A model generated the notes under the pieces. It made no database searches, was not told the DNA's origin, and saw only the letters and a list, made by a program, of their open reading frames with translations. Below are positions 46,203 through 60,400 of a stretch of DNA of 64,000 bases, piece after piece. This DNA is from the human T2T-CHM13v2.0 reference genome, Homo sapiens. Within the stretch, counting starts at the first letter, position 1; each line of letters opens with the position of its first letter. Position numbers and translations under genes: made by a program. The stretch lies in assembly GCF_009914755.1 (NCBI RefSeq), contig NC_060926.1. One strand, given 5' to 3'.

Positions 46203-47210
46203 TTACAATTTGGCATGTTTTTGCAGTGGCTGGTACCGGTTGTTCCTTTCCATGTTTAGTGCTTCCTTCAGGAACTCTTTAGGGCAGGGCTGGTGGTGAC
46301 AAAATCTCTCAGCATTTGCTTGTCTGTAAAGGATTTTATTTCTCCTTCACTTATAAAGCTTAGTTTGGCTGCATATGAAATTCTGGGTTGAAAATTCTTT
46401 TCTTTAAGAATGTTGAATATTGGCCCCCACTCTCTTCTGGCTTGTAGAGTTTCTGCTGAGAGATCAGCTGTTAGTCTGATGGGCTTCCCTTTGTGGGTAA
46501 CCCGACCTTTCTCTCTGGCTGGCCTTAACATTTTTTCCTTCATTTCAACTTTGGTGAATCTAATAATTATGTGTCTTGGAGTTGCTCTTCTCGAGGAGTA
46601 TCTTTGTGGCATTCTCTGTATTTCCTGAATTTGAATGTTGGCCTGCCTTGCTAGATTGGGGAAGTTCTCCTGGATAATATCCTGCAGAGTGTTTTCCAAC
46701 TTGGTTCCATCCTCCCCGTCACTTTCAGGTACACCAATCAGACGTAGATTTGGTCTTTTCACATAGTCCCATATTTCTTGGAGACTTTGTTTGTTTCTTT
46801 TTATTCTTTTTACTTTAAACTTCTCTTCATGCTTCATTTCATTCATTTCATCTTCCATCACTGATACCCTTTCGTCCAGATGATCACATCAGTTACTGAG
46901 GCTTGTGCATTGGTTCTCGTGCCTTGGTTTTCAGCTCCATCAGGTCCCTTAAGGACTTCTCGGCATTGGTTATTCTAGTTATCCATTTGTCTAATTTTTT
47001 TTCAAAATTTTTAACTTCTTTGCCATTGGTTCGAACTTCCTCCTTTAGCTTGGAGTAGTTTGATCTTCTGAAGCCTTCCTCTCTCAACTCATCAAAGTCA
47101 TTCTCCATCCAGCTTTGTTCTGTTGCTGGTGAGGAGCTGCGATCCTTTGGAGTAGGAGAGGCACTCTGATTTTTAGAGTTTCCTGTTTTTCTGCTCTGTT
47201 TTTTCCCCAT
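46203..47210 (-). pseudogene. L1 ORF1p, frameshifted
   Basis: MGKKQSRKTGNSKNQSASP...YVKRPNLRLIG...ARREWGPIF split between ORFs 46893-47210 and 46268-46861. Confidence 0.95.
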
Positions 47211-47786
47211 CTTTGTGGTTTTATCTACCTTTGGTCTTTGATGATGGTGACATACAGATGGGTTTTTGGTGTGGATGTCCTTTCTGTTTGTTAGTTTTCC
47301 TTCTAAGAGTCAGGACCCTCTGTTGCAGGTCCTTTGGAGTTTACTGGAGGTGCACTCCAGACCCTGTTTGCCTGGGTATCAACAGCGGTGGCTGCGGAAC
47401 AGCAGATATTGGTGAACCGCAAATGCTGCTGCCTGATAGTTCCTCTGGAAGTTTTGTCTCAGAGGAGTACCCGGCCGTGTGAGGTGTCAGTCTGCCCCTA
47501 CTAGGGGGTGCCTCCCAGTTAGGCTACTCGGGGGTCAGGGACCCACTTGAGGAGGCAGTCTGCCCATTTTCAGATCTCCAGCTGCGTGCTGGGAGAACCA
47601 CTACTCTCTTCAAAGCTGTCAGACAGGGACATTTAAATCTGCAGAGGTTATGGCTGTCTTTTGTTTGTCTGTGCCCTGCCCCCAGAGGTGGAGCCTACAG
47701 AGGCAGGCAGGCCTCCTTGAGCTGTGGTGGGCTCCACCCAGTTCGAGCTTCCCGGGCTGCTTTGTTTACCTACTCAAGCCTGAGCA

Positions 47787-48128
47787 ATGGCGGACGCCCC
47801 TCCCCAAGCCTCGCTGCTGCCTTGCAGTTTGATCTCAGATTGCTGTGCTAGCAATGAGCGAGGCTCCGTGGGCATAGGGCCCTCCGAGCCATGTGCGGGA
47901 TATAATCTCCTGGTGTGCTGTTTGTTAAGCCTGTTGGAAAAGCGCAGTATTAGGGTGGGAGTGACCCAATTTTCCAGGTGCTGTCTGTCACCCCTTTCTT
48001 TGACTAGGAAAGGGAATTCCCTGACCCCTTGCACTTCCCTGGGTGAGGTGATGGCTTACCCTACTTCAGCTCATGCACAGTGTGCTGCACCTACTGTCCT
48101 GCACCCACTGTCCAGCACTCCCCAGTGA
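47787..48128 (+). CDS. L1 antisense ORF0 homologue, open, 113 aa
   Basis: MADAPPQASLLPCSLISDCCASNERGSVG... aligns with primate L1 ORF0 (MAGAPPPASLPPCSLISDCCASN...); ATG context gcaATGG; expression not shown. Confidence 0.7.
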   Translation: MADAPPQASLLPCSLISDCCASNERGSVGIGPSEPCAGYNLLVCCLLSLLEKRSIRVGVTQFSRCCLSPLSLTRKGNSLTPCTSLGEVMAYPTSAHAQCAAPTVLHPLSSTPQ

Positions 48129-48219
48129 GATTAACCTGGTGCCTCAGTTGGAAATACAGAAATCACCCATCTTCTGTGTGGCTCATGCTGGGAGCTGTAG
48201 ACCAGAGCTGTTCCTATTC

Positions 48220-48229
48220 GGCCATCTTG
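48220..48229 (-). promoter_or_regulatory. L1 5' UTR YY1 site (CAAGATGGCC), intact
   Basis: Canonical position near the L1 5' end. Confidence 0.8.
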
Positions 48230-48461
48230 GCTCCACCCCCCGAGTTTTTTCAAATTGCTGCAAATCTCCAAAACATTTTCTAACATGTTTATTGAAAAAA
48301 TGTTGCATATAAGTGGATCCATGCAGTTCAAACCTGTGTTGTTCAAAGTTCAAGTGTAATTGGACATATATGGGAAACAGAGTGATGTTTTGATACACGT
48401 ATACAATGTGTAATGATCAAATTAGGATAATTAGCATATTAATTATCTCAAACAGCTATCG

Positions 48462-48593
48462 GGCTGGGTGTGGTGGCTCACATCTGTAATCCCAGAATTT
48501 TGGGAAGCCTAGGCAGGAAGATTGCTAGAGGCCAGGAGTTCAAGGCCAGCCTGGGCAAAATGAAACCCTGTCTCTACAAAAAATAAAATAAAA
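48462..48593 (+). mobile_element. Alu left monomer (FLAM_C/AluJ-like)
   Basis: Single arm with gaggccaggagttc and an A-rich tail. Confidence 0.85.
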
Positions 48594-51500
48594 TCATTTC
48601 TTTGTGTTGGGAACATTGAAAGTCCCCTTTTATGTTTTTGAAAATATGTATTAAATTATTTTAACTGTATTCACCATACATTGCTATAGAACACTAGAAC
48701 TTTTTCTTCATGTCTACCTGTAATTGTATCTGTTAACCAACTTGTTCCTATACTCTCTTCCCTCCACCCTTCCAAGCCTCATAACCACTATTCTACTCCC
48801 TACTTCTATGACTTCAATGTTTTTAAGCTTCCACATGAGTGAAAACATGCAGTATTTATCCCCCTGTGTCTGACATTTCAGTCAATATGATGTCCTTGAG
48901 GCTCATCCATGTGGCTATGAATGACAGGGTTTCATTTATTTAGGACCAAATAGTATTCCACTGTGTATATGTACCACACTTTCTTTATCCATGTATTCAT
49001 TGATAGGCATTTAAGTTGATTCGTATCTTGGCTGTTGTGAATAACATTGCAATAAAAATGGAAGTATAAATATGGCTTTGACCTACTGATTTCCTTTCCT
49101 TTGGATAAGTACCTAGTAGTGGGATGGCTGAATCATATAGTAGTCCTACTTTTAATTTTTGGAGAAGCCTTCATACAGCTTCTTATAATGACTGTACTAA
49201 TTTACATTTACACCAACAGTGTCTAAGGATTTCCTTTTCTCTGCATCCTCTCCAGCCTTTGTTATTTTTTATCTTTTTGACAATAGTTATTCTAACTGGT
49301 GTGAAATGAGATAAATGTGGTTTTGATCTGCATTTTTCTGATGATTAGTGATATTGAGCATTTCCTCATGTACTTTTTGGCCTTTTGTATATCTTCTTTT
49401 AAAATATATATATTCAAAACGTTTGCCCATTTTTAAATCAGATTATTTGTTGTTGTTTTGATGTTGAGTTTTTGCTGTTGAGTTTTTGCTGTTGAGTTCT
49501 CTGTGTATTCTAGATATTTGTCTCTTGGATGAAAAGCATGCCACACTTTCTCCCATTCTACAGGTTTTGACTTCATTCTATTCATTGATTTCCTTGATGT
49601 GGAGAAGATTTTTTGTTTGATATAGTCCTATTTGTCCACTTTTTTGTTGCCTGTGCATTTGAAGTCTTACCCATAAAGTATATGTGCATTCCAATGCCCT
49701 GAAGCATTCCCGTATGTTTTCTTCTAATAGTTTTATAGCTTCAGTGTTACATTTAAGTACTTAATCCATTTTGAATTGATATTTGTAAATGTGGAGATAT
49801 AGGGATCTACTTTCATTCTTCTGCCTATGAATATCCAGCTTTCTCAGCAGAATTTATTGAAGAGGGTGTCCCTTCCCTAATGCATGTTGAAATTCAGTTG
49901 GCTGTAAATATGTGGATTTACCTCTGGGTACTCTATTCTGCTCCATTGGTCCATGTGTCTGTTTTTGACCAGTGTCATGCTGTTTTGGTTACTACAGCTT
50001 TGTAGTATATGTTGAAGTCAGGTAGTGTCATGCATCCAGCTTTGTTCTTTTGGCTCAGTATTTATTTGGCTATTCAGGATCTTTTGTGGTTCCATATGAA
50101 TTTTAGGGTAGATGTTTCTATTTCTATGAAGAATGTCATTGGTGTTTGATAAGAATTGCACTCAATCTGTATATGACTTTGGGTAGTATGCCTACTTTAA
50201 CAATCTTAATTTTTCCAATCCATAGTCATTTTTTGTTTCCTCTCCAATTTCTTTTATCTGTGTTTTTTAGTTTTCATTGTAGAGAACTTTTACTTCCTTG
50301 ATTCAATTTATTTATAGATATTTTACTTTTATAAGGGATTGCTTTCTTGGTTTCTTTTTTGGCTAGTTTGTTATTGGGGTATAGAAATGCTATTGATTTT
50401 TGTATGCTGATTTTGAACCCTGCAACTTTGCTAACTTTGTCAATTAGTTCTAACAGCTTTTTTGGTAGAGTTTTTAGGATTTTCTATATAAAATGTCATG
50501 TCATCTGCAAACAGGGACAATTCGACTTATTCTTTCCAATTTAAATGCCCTTTATTGATTTATCCTGCATAATTGCCCTAGCTAGGACGTCCCAGATGCT
50601 ATATTGAAAGTGGGCATCCTTGCCTTGTTCTAGTTCTTTGGAGGAAATTCTGGAAGCTTTTCAGTATGATGTTAGCTTTGGCTTTGTCACATATGGCTTT
50701 TATTGTGTTGAAGTATGTTGCTCTTATACCTAATTTGTTGAGAGTTTTTATCAAAAGCTTTTTCTACATCAATTGAGATAATTATATTGTTTTCATTCTT
50801 CATTCTTTGATGTGATGTATCACATTTATTGATTTGTGTATGTTGAATCATTCTTGCATCCCTAGGATAAATTCCACTTAATCACAGTGTATTATATTTT
50901 TGATGTGCTGTTGATTTCACTTTGCTAGTATTTTACTGAGGTTTCTGGCATCTATCAATTCATCAGGGATATTGGCCTGGAGTTTTCTTTTTGTTGATTT
51001 TGTTTGGTTTTGGTATTAGATTAATGCTGGCCTCACAGAATGAGTTAGGAAGAATTCTATCCTCATCGTTTTTTTGGGATAGTTTGAGAAGAATTTGTGT
51101 TGAATTATCTTTAACAGTTTGTTAGAATTCAACATTAAAGCCATCTGGTCCTGTACTTTTCTTGGTGAGAGATTTCATTTAATGATTGAATTTTGATACT
51201 CATTATTGGTCTGTTCAAGTTTTCTATTCCTTCCTGGTTCAATCTTGGTAGGTTATATGTGTCTAGAAATTTGTCCATTTATTGTAGGCTTCACAATTTT
51301 TTCATATATCAATTTTTTACAGTCTAATTTCTTTGGTATCAGTTGTAATGCTTCCTCTTTCATTTCTCATTTTATTTATTTGGGTCTCAACTTTTTTCTT
51401 AGGCTAGCTAACAGTTTGTTAATTTTGTTTCAATTTTCAAAAATCTAACTTTTCATTGATCTTTTGCATTTTAGTCTCTATTTTGTTTAGAGAAATGGTT

Positions 51501-54500
51501 TTATTATTTCTTTCTTCTGCTGTGATATTTCTTATTTCATTACTTCTACTAATTTTGGGTTTCATTTGTTCTTGCTTTGTAGTTCCTTGAGGTACATCAT
51601 TATGTTGTTTACTTAAAATCTCTCTGCTTTTTTGATGTAGGTGTTTATTGGTATAAACTTTTCTGTTAGTACAGCTATTCCAGTATCTGATAGGTTTTGA
51701 TGTGTCCTGTTTTATTTTATTTTAAATTAAAACACACTATTTTAAATAAATTTATTTATTTCAAAAAATGTATTTTATTTCTTAGACACATTAGTAATCC
51801 AGAAGCAAGTTATTTAATTTCCATGTATTTGTACAATTTCCAAAGTTCCTTTTGTTATTGATTTCTAGTTTTCTTTGTCATCTCAGAAGATATCTGATAT
51901 GATTTTGATTTTTTAAAATTTGTTGTGACTTGTTTTGTGATGATATAATGAAAATAAGTAATGAAATAATGGTTGATCCTGAGAATGTTCCATGTGCTCA
52001 TGAGAAAAATGTATATTCTGAAGCTGTTGAATGAAATGTTCTGTAAATATCTGGTATGTCCATTTGGTCTAAGTCTATTTGATCTATCTATTGTAGTTCA
52101 AGTCCAATGTTTCTTTGTTGAATTTCTGTCTATATGATCTAATGCTGAGAGTATCTAATGCTGAAAGTGGCATTAAATTCCCCAACTATTATTGTATTGG
52201 GATATATCTTTCTCTTTAGCTGTAATAATTTTTGCTTTATATATCTGGGTGGTCTGGGATTAGTTGCATACATATTTATAGTTGTCATATCTTCTCGCTG
52301 AATCAATCCCCTTATCATTATGTAATGACCTTCTTTGTCTCCCTTGTTCTTTGAATTAAAATCTATTTTGTCTGACATAAATATTTGTACTCCTGCATGC
52401 TTTTGCTTTCTTTTTGTGTGGAATATGTTTTTATGTTTCATTTTTAGTCATGTGTCTTTAATTGTACAGTGAGTTTCTTATACACAGCATATAGTTGGTT
52501 CTTATAGTTTTATTCATTTAGCCAATCTATACTTTTCAATTAAAAATTTCAACCATTTACATTAAACATTATTATTGATAGGTGGAGACTTACTCCTGTC
52601 ATTTTCTTAATTTTTTCTGATATTTTATATTTATTCTTTGTTTCTTCCTCTCTTATTAGTTATCTTTGCATTTGGTGGTTTTCTGTAGTAATGATGTTGG
52701 TTTTATTTCTCTTTCTCTTTTGTGTATCTGGTCTACCAGTGGGTTTTATAGTTTCATGTGTTTTCATGATGGTAGATATCATCCTTTTACTTCCCAATGT
52801 AGGACTGCCTTAAACATTTTTTCTGTAGGAACATTGTAGTGGTAATCATTTCTCAGGTTTTGCATAACTGTGAGAAACTTTATTTCTTGTTTGTTTCTGA
52901 AAGATAGCTTTGGAATATGTAGTATTCTTGGCTAACAATTTTATTTTTTTCAGCAGTTTGAATCTATCATCTTATTCTCTTCTGGCCTATATTTGGTGAG
53001 GATCTTCTTATATGTGGTACAACCATTTTTATCTTTTTTTTTGCTTGTTTCTTTGTTTTAATTCTCTCTTCCTTTGATTTTTGACAGTTTGACTTCACAG
53101 TGCCTCAAACAGGACTTTTGGGTTGAATCTATTTGAGGATCTTTAAGCTTCTTGTTTCTGGATGTCTAGATCTCTCCCAAGACTTGGAACAGTTTCAGCT
53201 ATTACTTCACTAAATAAGTTTTCTATGTTTTATTTTTTATCTCTTTGCCTTCTAAAATTGTCAAAATGCAAATATTTGTTTGCTTAATGTTGTCCCATGT
53301 AACACATAGGCTTTCCTCATTTTAAAAATATTTATTTGTTTTTTTTTTCTTTTTGTCTAACTGTGTTGTTTCAAAAGGCCTGTCTTCCAGTTCGGTAATT
53401 ATTTCTTCTGACTGAATGACTCTATCATTTAAGCTATCAATTATATTTTTTATATTTTATTTTTTCAATTCTCCAGTTCTAAGATTTCTGTTTGGATATT
53501 TATTTGTGCAATCTATTTCTTTGTTAAATTTCTCATTCTGATCATGAATTGTTTCCCTAATTTATTTGAGGTCTATGTATGTTCTCATGTATCTCACTGA
53601 GTTTCCTTAAGATCACTGGTGTCTGTTACTGGACAATATTTTGTTCCCCTGGAGTTTTCATGTTTCCTTGCTTTTTCATGTTTCTTGGTTTCCTACATTA
53701 ACGTCTGTGAATCTAGTTGAATAGTCACCTCTTTAAAGTTTATACAGCAGCTTTTGTAGGAAAAGGCTTTTTCTTGTAGATTTGTCTATAGTGTCAGTTG
53801 GGTAGGGTATTTTGGCTTTGGTTCTGGATGTGCACAGTAATGTAGTCTCTATAGAAATTCTGAGTCTATCATCAATGTCAGTTGTGTCTCTGTGTTACTC
53901 AGTGACCTAGGATGCTATTGTTTCTGGAGGCAGTGGCTTGACTTGCTGCAAGAGAAATGCTAGACCCCTGAGGGTGCACATGGGTGGGCAGTGGCCCCAG
54001 TGTTGGAGGGATAAATTTGTTAGAGGTAGCAGTGGCAGGCCCAAGTGGCCTGATCTTTAGGCCCCTGGTTGGCAGGCACCAACAGTGCCCAGTCTCAAGT
54101 AAGCTGGTTTTTTGGCCCTGGGATAGCATACTCGTGTGCCAGTGGTGGCAGCAACATGCTGGTCCTAGGCCACTTGAGGGGTGCACATGGACACCAGCTA
54201 TGGTGGCAGCAGGCCCCAGGTAGGGTGGTTTCAAGCTCTTAGGAAGTGCACGTGGGTGCCAGTGGTGGTGGCAATGGGCTCTACATGGGCTGATCTTCAG
54301 GCTCCTGAACAGTGTGCATAGCCACTGATGTTGGCAAATTGGGCTACAGGCAGGCTGATCTGTAGGATATGTGCAAGCACTGCTGCTGTCAGCAGTGGGC
54401 CAGTCCTTGGGACCCTGGGTGGTGTGTGCCCACAATGGCCATGGCAGCAGCAGGACCCGAGGGTTGGTCTTCAAGCCACTGAGGAGTGCATTCAGGCACA

Positions 54501-55323
54501 TGGTGATCCCACTGCTGGAGGCACTGGAATTGCTTTCAGCAGCTGCAGCCCCAGGTAAGCAGCTCTCAGTCTCTGGGGAGCACGTGCATTGGCTCCCTGT
54601 GTTCTGAGGGCAGCCACTTTGATATTCTCAGGTACCTGTTCCTCAGGGTGTAGGATGCTGCATGGGTTTAGATACCAGAGATGTGGCTTCAACCCCAGGT
54701 CTAGCTGATATCAGGATGCTGCAGCACTTTGGGTGGATGTGGGGGAATGTCAGCAGGGCCTCAGGGATATGGAGGTTCAAGGGCTGTTTGTCCCAGAACA
54801 GAATGTACTCTGGGGGTAGCCTTGCTCTCAACATGTCACCATGCTGCAGCCTGGGCCATAGGGTGTGGGGGTATCCAACAAAAATTCCCACTCTAGAATA
54901 GTACAGTCAGATGGACTCCAGGCAGCTCTCTTTACAAACCTAGGGCCTGTGAGGCCTCAGAGGCTTTTCTGTAGCTAGAATTGCAGGTGTCTGTGGTGGG
55001 ATTGTGGACTGCTGGGGATCTCCCACTTACCTTATCCCTGAAATGGAGAGTCCCTCTAAAGGCAGGGTGACCCAGGCTAGTTGCTTCATTTCCTTCTCTA
55101 TGCTGCCGTTTCGAGTTTACGTGTCTCAGAGGGTTTTTTCTTTCCTTGCTGAATTCCAGTGTTCTCCTTTTAGAAGCTCTATTTGATGTGCAGTTATCTA
55201 TTTTCTGTTTTCGTTCTTTTTTTTTTTTTTTAGGAGGTGAGTGCTGAATGCTTCTAGTCAGCCATATTGATGTTCTCTTTCTTACAGTCAGAGTTCTAGT
55301 TAACATGCTCCCTGATGCCCTAA

Positions 55324-55691
<368 letters not shown>

Positions 55692-56019
55692 TCGGTATTT
55701 GTTATATAATTTTTCTTTATGGTCTTTCTCTCCCATAGAGCGATAAATCATTCATGACAAAATACTTTCAATAAATGTTAACTAAATAAATGAATGAATA
55801 AGTAAATATAGATGTAAAGAATGTAATACTCTGGCTGACATAGACATCAGCTGTTTTTGTTTGTTTTTACCCACCAAGAATAAAATGAAATTTCAATCAC
55901 AGATATTTAGGATAAAGATGATAATCGGCTCCAAAATCACTTTGTTCTTTTGGAGCCCTTAAAACACCAGAGTTCCCAAAATATGTGAATTGCTTGTCTT
56001 TGGTTACCTTTTTCGACAG

Positions 56020-56175
56020 TTATATAGATAGATACATATGTATATAAACATATAAATCTGTATCTATATATATACACACACATATATATCTGTATATATA
56101 TACTGATATATATATATCTATATATCTCTATCTGTCTAGATACAGATATGTGTATCTGTAGAAAAAATATATATT
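56020..56175. repeat. (TA)n-rich simple repeat
   Basis: Direct inspection. Confidence 0.8.
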
Positions 56176-58329
56176 TCTTGGTCTGGGTCTCCTAAGGAAT
56201 CTAAATTGATAAATAATACTATGTACTGAGAATAAAAAAGAAACAAATATGTGAAAGGATAAGTGAGAAACAAACTTTCTCAAAATTACAAATTTTACTG
56301 TAATGACATCAACCTTTCTTCATGCAGATAGAAAGTACATAAGCTCAGCAAGCGATGATGTTAAAGGCTATAAATTCATTTTTCGATTTGCAGGAGACTT
56401 GTTCTCATTCCTGGGGGAAAATATTCAGTATGATTGAGACTCAGTGTCTTTATCTGTTACACACAGTAACATGCTTTACAGGGATTTAGCCCAATAACTT
56501 AATAATAATTAAAACTCTGAAAGAAAAATGAAAAACAACTAAGAACTATTAAAATAATTGCAGACATTATATAACAATGAGAATTTTAGATCATATAAAA
56601 GCTTTGTTTCTCAAATGTACTCAGCATGAAGCATGACATCGTGAAATGTCTCAGGTTTCTGTTTTAGATCTGAAAATGAATTCATACACACCAGCAGTTT
56701 TTGTCAGCTTTACTGCTCAGTATAAAAATTAATCTTGGACAGCCAGGGCTGTTTCTCAATTTCAACTGTCCTAGGAAGAAAACAAATATTTTTTCAATGA
56801 GTTATGCACATTTTGCTTCCATTCAACGTCATATGATAGTTCATGCCCTGCACATTTGAAACAAATGCTTGCTTAGATGATGTTCTGGGTATTTCTTTCA
56901 TATTTTACCTGGTTTCACTATGTTTAATGTTTTTGTTGTCTTTTTACAAAATATATATTTTGAGGTTTTATACATTCCTTGATGTTGTTTCTGTTTTTAT
57001 GTCTCCATTTTGAGGAAGTTGGTAGAAAGGATGTAGCCTGCTATATATACAGAAAAACTATTAAAATACTTTATGGTAAAAATTAAAGTTTCCGGAGACT
57101 CACTGAAAGCAATTTATTCTTAGTGAATATTTCTTATTCACTTTTTCAAGTTATTATCTGTCTGATACAGGAGCCCCCTCCCATACAAACAAGAACAATG
57201 AGCATAGATGAATCTACGATCACATTTTGCCCTTCAGGCCATGTTAAAGACAAACCTGGAAGCCCAGTTGCAGACACTTAGCAGCACTCATCAAATGGTA
57301 ATCATCTATTGCCCATCTGTGCATGTCAGTGCAGTCAATATTCTGCAGAACAAGTAAAACAAAATCTGTCTTTTGCTCAACACACGGCTACAGAATGGTA
57401 GGACCCTTAAGTTAGCAGCCAACACTACGTCTCCAGTATGTCTCATTTTATGAATTAAACCTAAAAGTTTAATTCAGAAAGCCATTTTTCACGTTACCTA
57501 ATCTATCCATTTTTAACACCTCCCATTTTATTTTTCCTTCCCAAAGCATTTGCATCTGAAGCACAAAGATGCAAAATATAACATTATATTTTTCTAGTGT
57601 TGTTTCCCTCAAATAATGCTTCACCCTCTCACAGCCCTGTGAGACATGGATATCTCTTCTTTTTAGAGATGAACATAGCTTTTCTCTTGCCAGTTTCCAG
57701 CAGTTTTCCTGACATCAAATATAAACACACAGCTGGAGGTCCATGGTTGCCTTTTAGGGAATGAGAAGTCGAAGCTAAAGCAGGTGCCACATTGGTTTGC
57801 AAACAGGATTTTTTTAAAGCCTCTATAATTAGCCTCTCTTCCACTACTGCATTACCTTCAGCAGTCCTTGTTTTGAGATTTTCTAATTTCAAGAGACACT
57901 TAATTTATAAAACTAGGTGTTAATTTACACATAGCTGCAGTGCTAGACAATATGACTTTTGACATAATTACCACCATAACGGAAAGCTTGTCTGAAGACT
58001 GGCATATAGTTATTCCTGTTTTTAAACCATATTTGACTTCACCAATAAGATTTGAGTATTATCAAAATTGCCCAAAGACCATTAACAAGATTTAATAGTT
58101 AAAGCCAAAACTATAAAGAATTAACTGTTCAAAAGTGTGTTAATTCTTAATACCAATTTTATAGGGCCACCATTAACTTCTGAAGAAAGGTCAGCATATG
58201 CAACTAAATTTCTAAAGTCCAGTGTTTTTAAATACCGGAATATAAGCTGCAAAATCACAGATATATGCTTAAGAAATATTGCCAGTATCATAGATGGAAA
58301 GGACAGAAAATGAGGCTTTGCTGAAATGA

Positions 58330-58530
58330 TGCCACACTTTGGTTTCCCCAGGAAGCAGACTTTGAAATGGAGATTTGCCTGAAGTAAATGTACTGAGGAG
58401 AGCTTTCAGAATTAACACCTGTGGAAAGAGTGAAGGAGGCAAGATTGGGCAGAGGGAGAAGCTGAAATGCATGCAATCACAGCAAAGGCCTTAGCTGACT
58501 CTTTAAGGAGCTCTGGAACTGAGATAATCA
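58330..58530 (-). mobile_element. LTR33 (ERVL) fragment
   Basis: cagactttgaaatggagatttg...aacacctgtg...gattgggcagagggagaag...gagctctggaactg. Confidence 0.75.
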
Positions 58531-58652
58531 TGGAAACCAAAAGGGTGTTTTGCCAAACTTAATTGTATTGAAACTCATTAGATAATGGGTGAATGTTACA
58601 ACACTCAAACAGTGTTTAGGTTTGACTAAATTGATCTGAGTCGCTTGAATAT

Positions 58653-59146
58653 TGTTACCAAAACACCAGGGGTTCCATCTAGGACCTGATGCTTACCACA
58701 CAGAAAGCCAATCACTGAGACAATGAGTATTGCTGGGGAAGAAGGTTCTAATTAGGTGCTGCAGCTGAGGAGTTGGGAGATCTGTCTCAAATTCATCCCC
58801 TTGACCAACCAAAATTGGGGGTTTATCCAGTGAGGAAAGAAGGTAACTACATGTATGTGAACATAAATTAGGGAGGGGTAAGAGAGAGGAGTTGGTCTTC
58901 AGGTAGTAGATGGTCAGTTAGGCAATCTTGATGAGAGAGGAGTCTTGATGTTTCCTTATCTAGATGCGGTGATCTGGTAAATTTCAACTCCTTGATGCTA
59001 TCTGAGGGGCCTGATGATTGGTTTCCTGAGAAAGGAACTAAGATTTACAAAATGCAACTTTCTTACATTTTAGGACTTCGAAGTGTCTATGTTTGTTCAA
59101 AAGAAACCATAAACATCAGTTCTACCAGACAATCGGGCTGGTTTCA
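58653..59146 (-). mobile_element. MER66C-type ERV1 solo LTR
   Basis: tgttacc...ggtttca ends; perfect 4-bp TSD atat (58649-58652, 59147-59150). Confidence 0.85.
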
Positions 59147-59324
59147 ATATCGTAATTTGCCCTGGATTACAATTTGGAGCTCATTTGTATTGTGGTTCTG
59201 GAAATTATGTGAAACTCGACTGCCTACTTATGATAGTAGCTTAATAAAATTTTTCTTCCTTTTATATTGAGATTGTTGTTACAAGGACTGTGTTTATTTC
59301 TCAATGTTCATACCAATATTCTGG

Positions 59325-60400
<1,076 letters not shown>

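Noticed and set aside
49462-49500. tgttgagtttttgc tandem repeat
   Set aside because: Ordinary local slippage within L1; no spacers, not CRISPR-like.
53899-55306. GC-richer region with a 200-aa ORF and repeats, resembling a promoter or gene
   Set aside because: Repetitive 5' UTR of the L1MA4-like element; CpG-depleted, not a CpG island.
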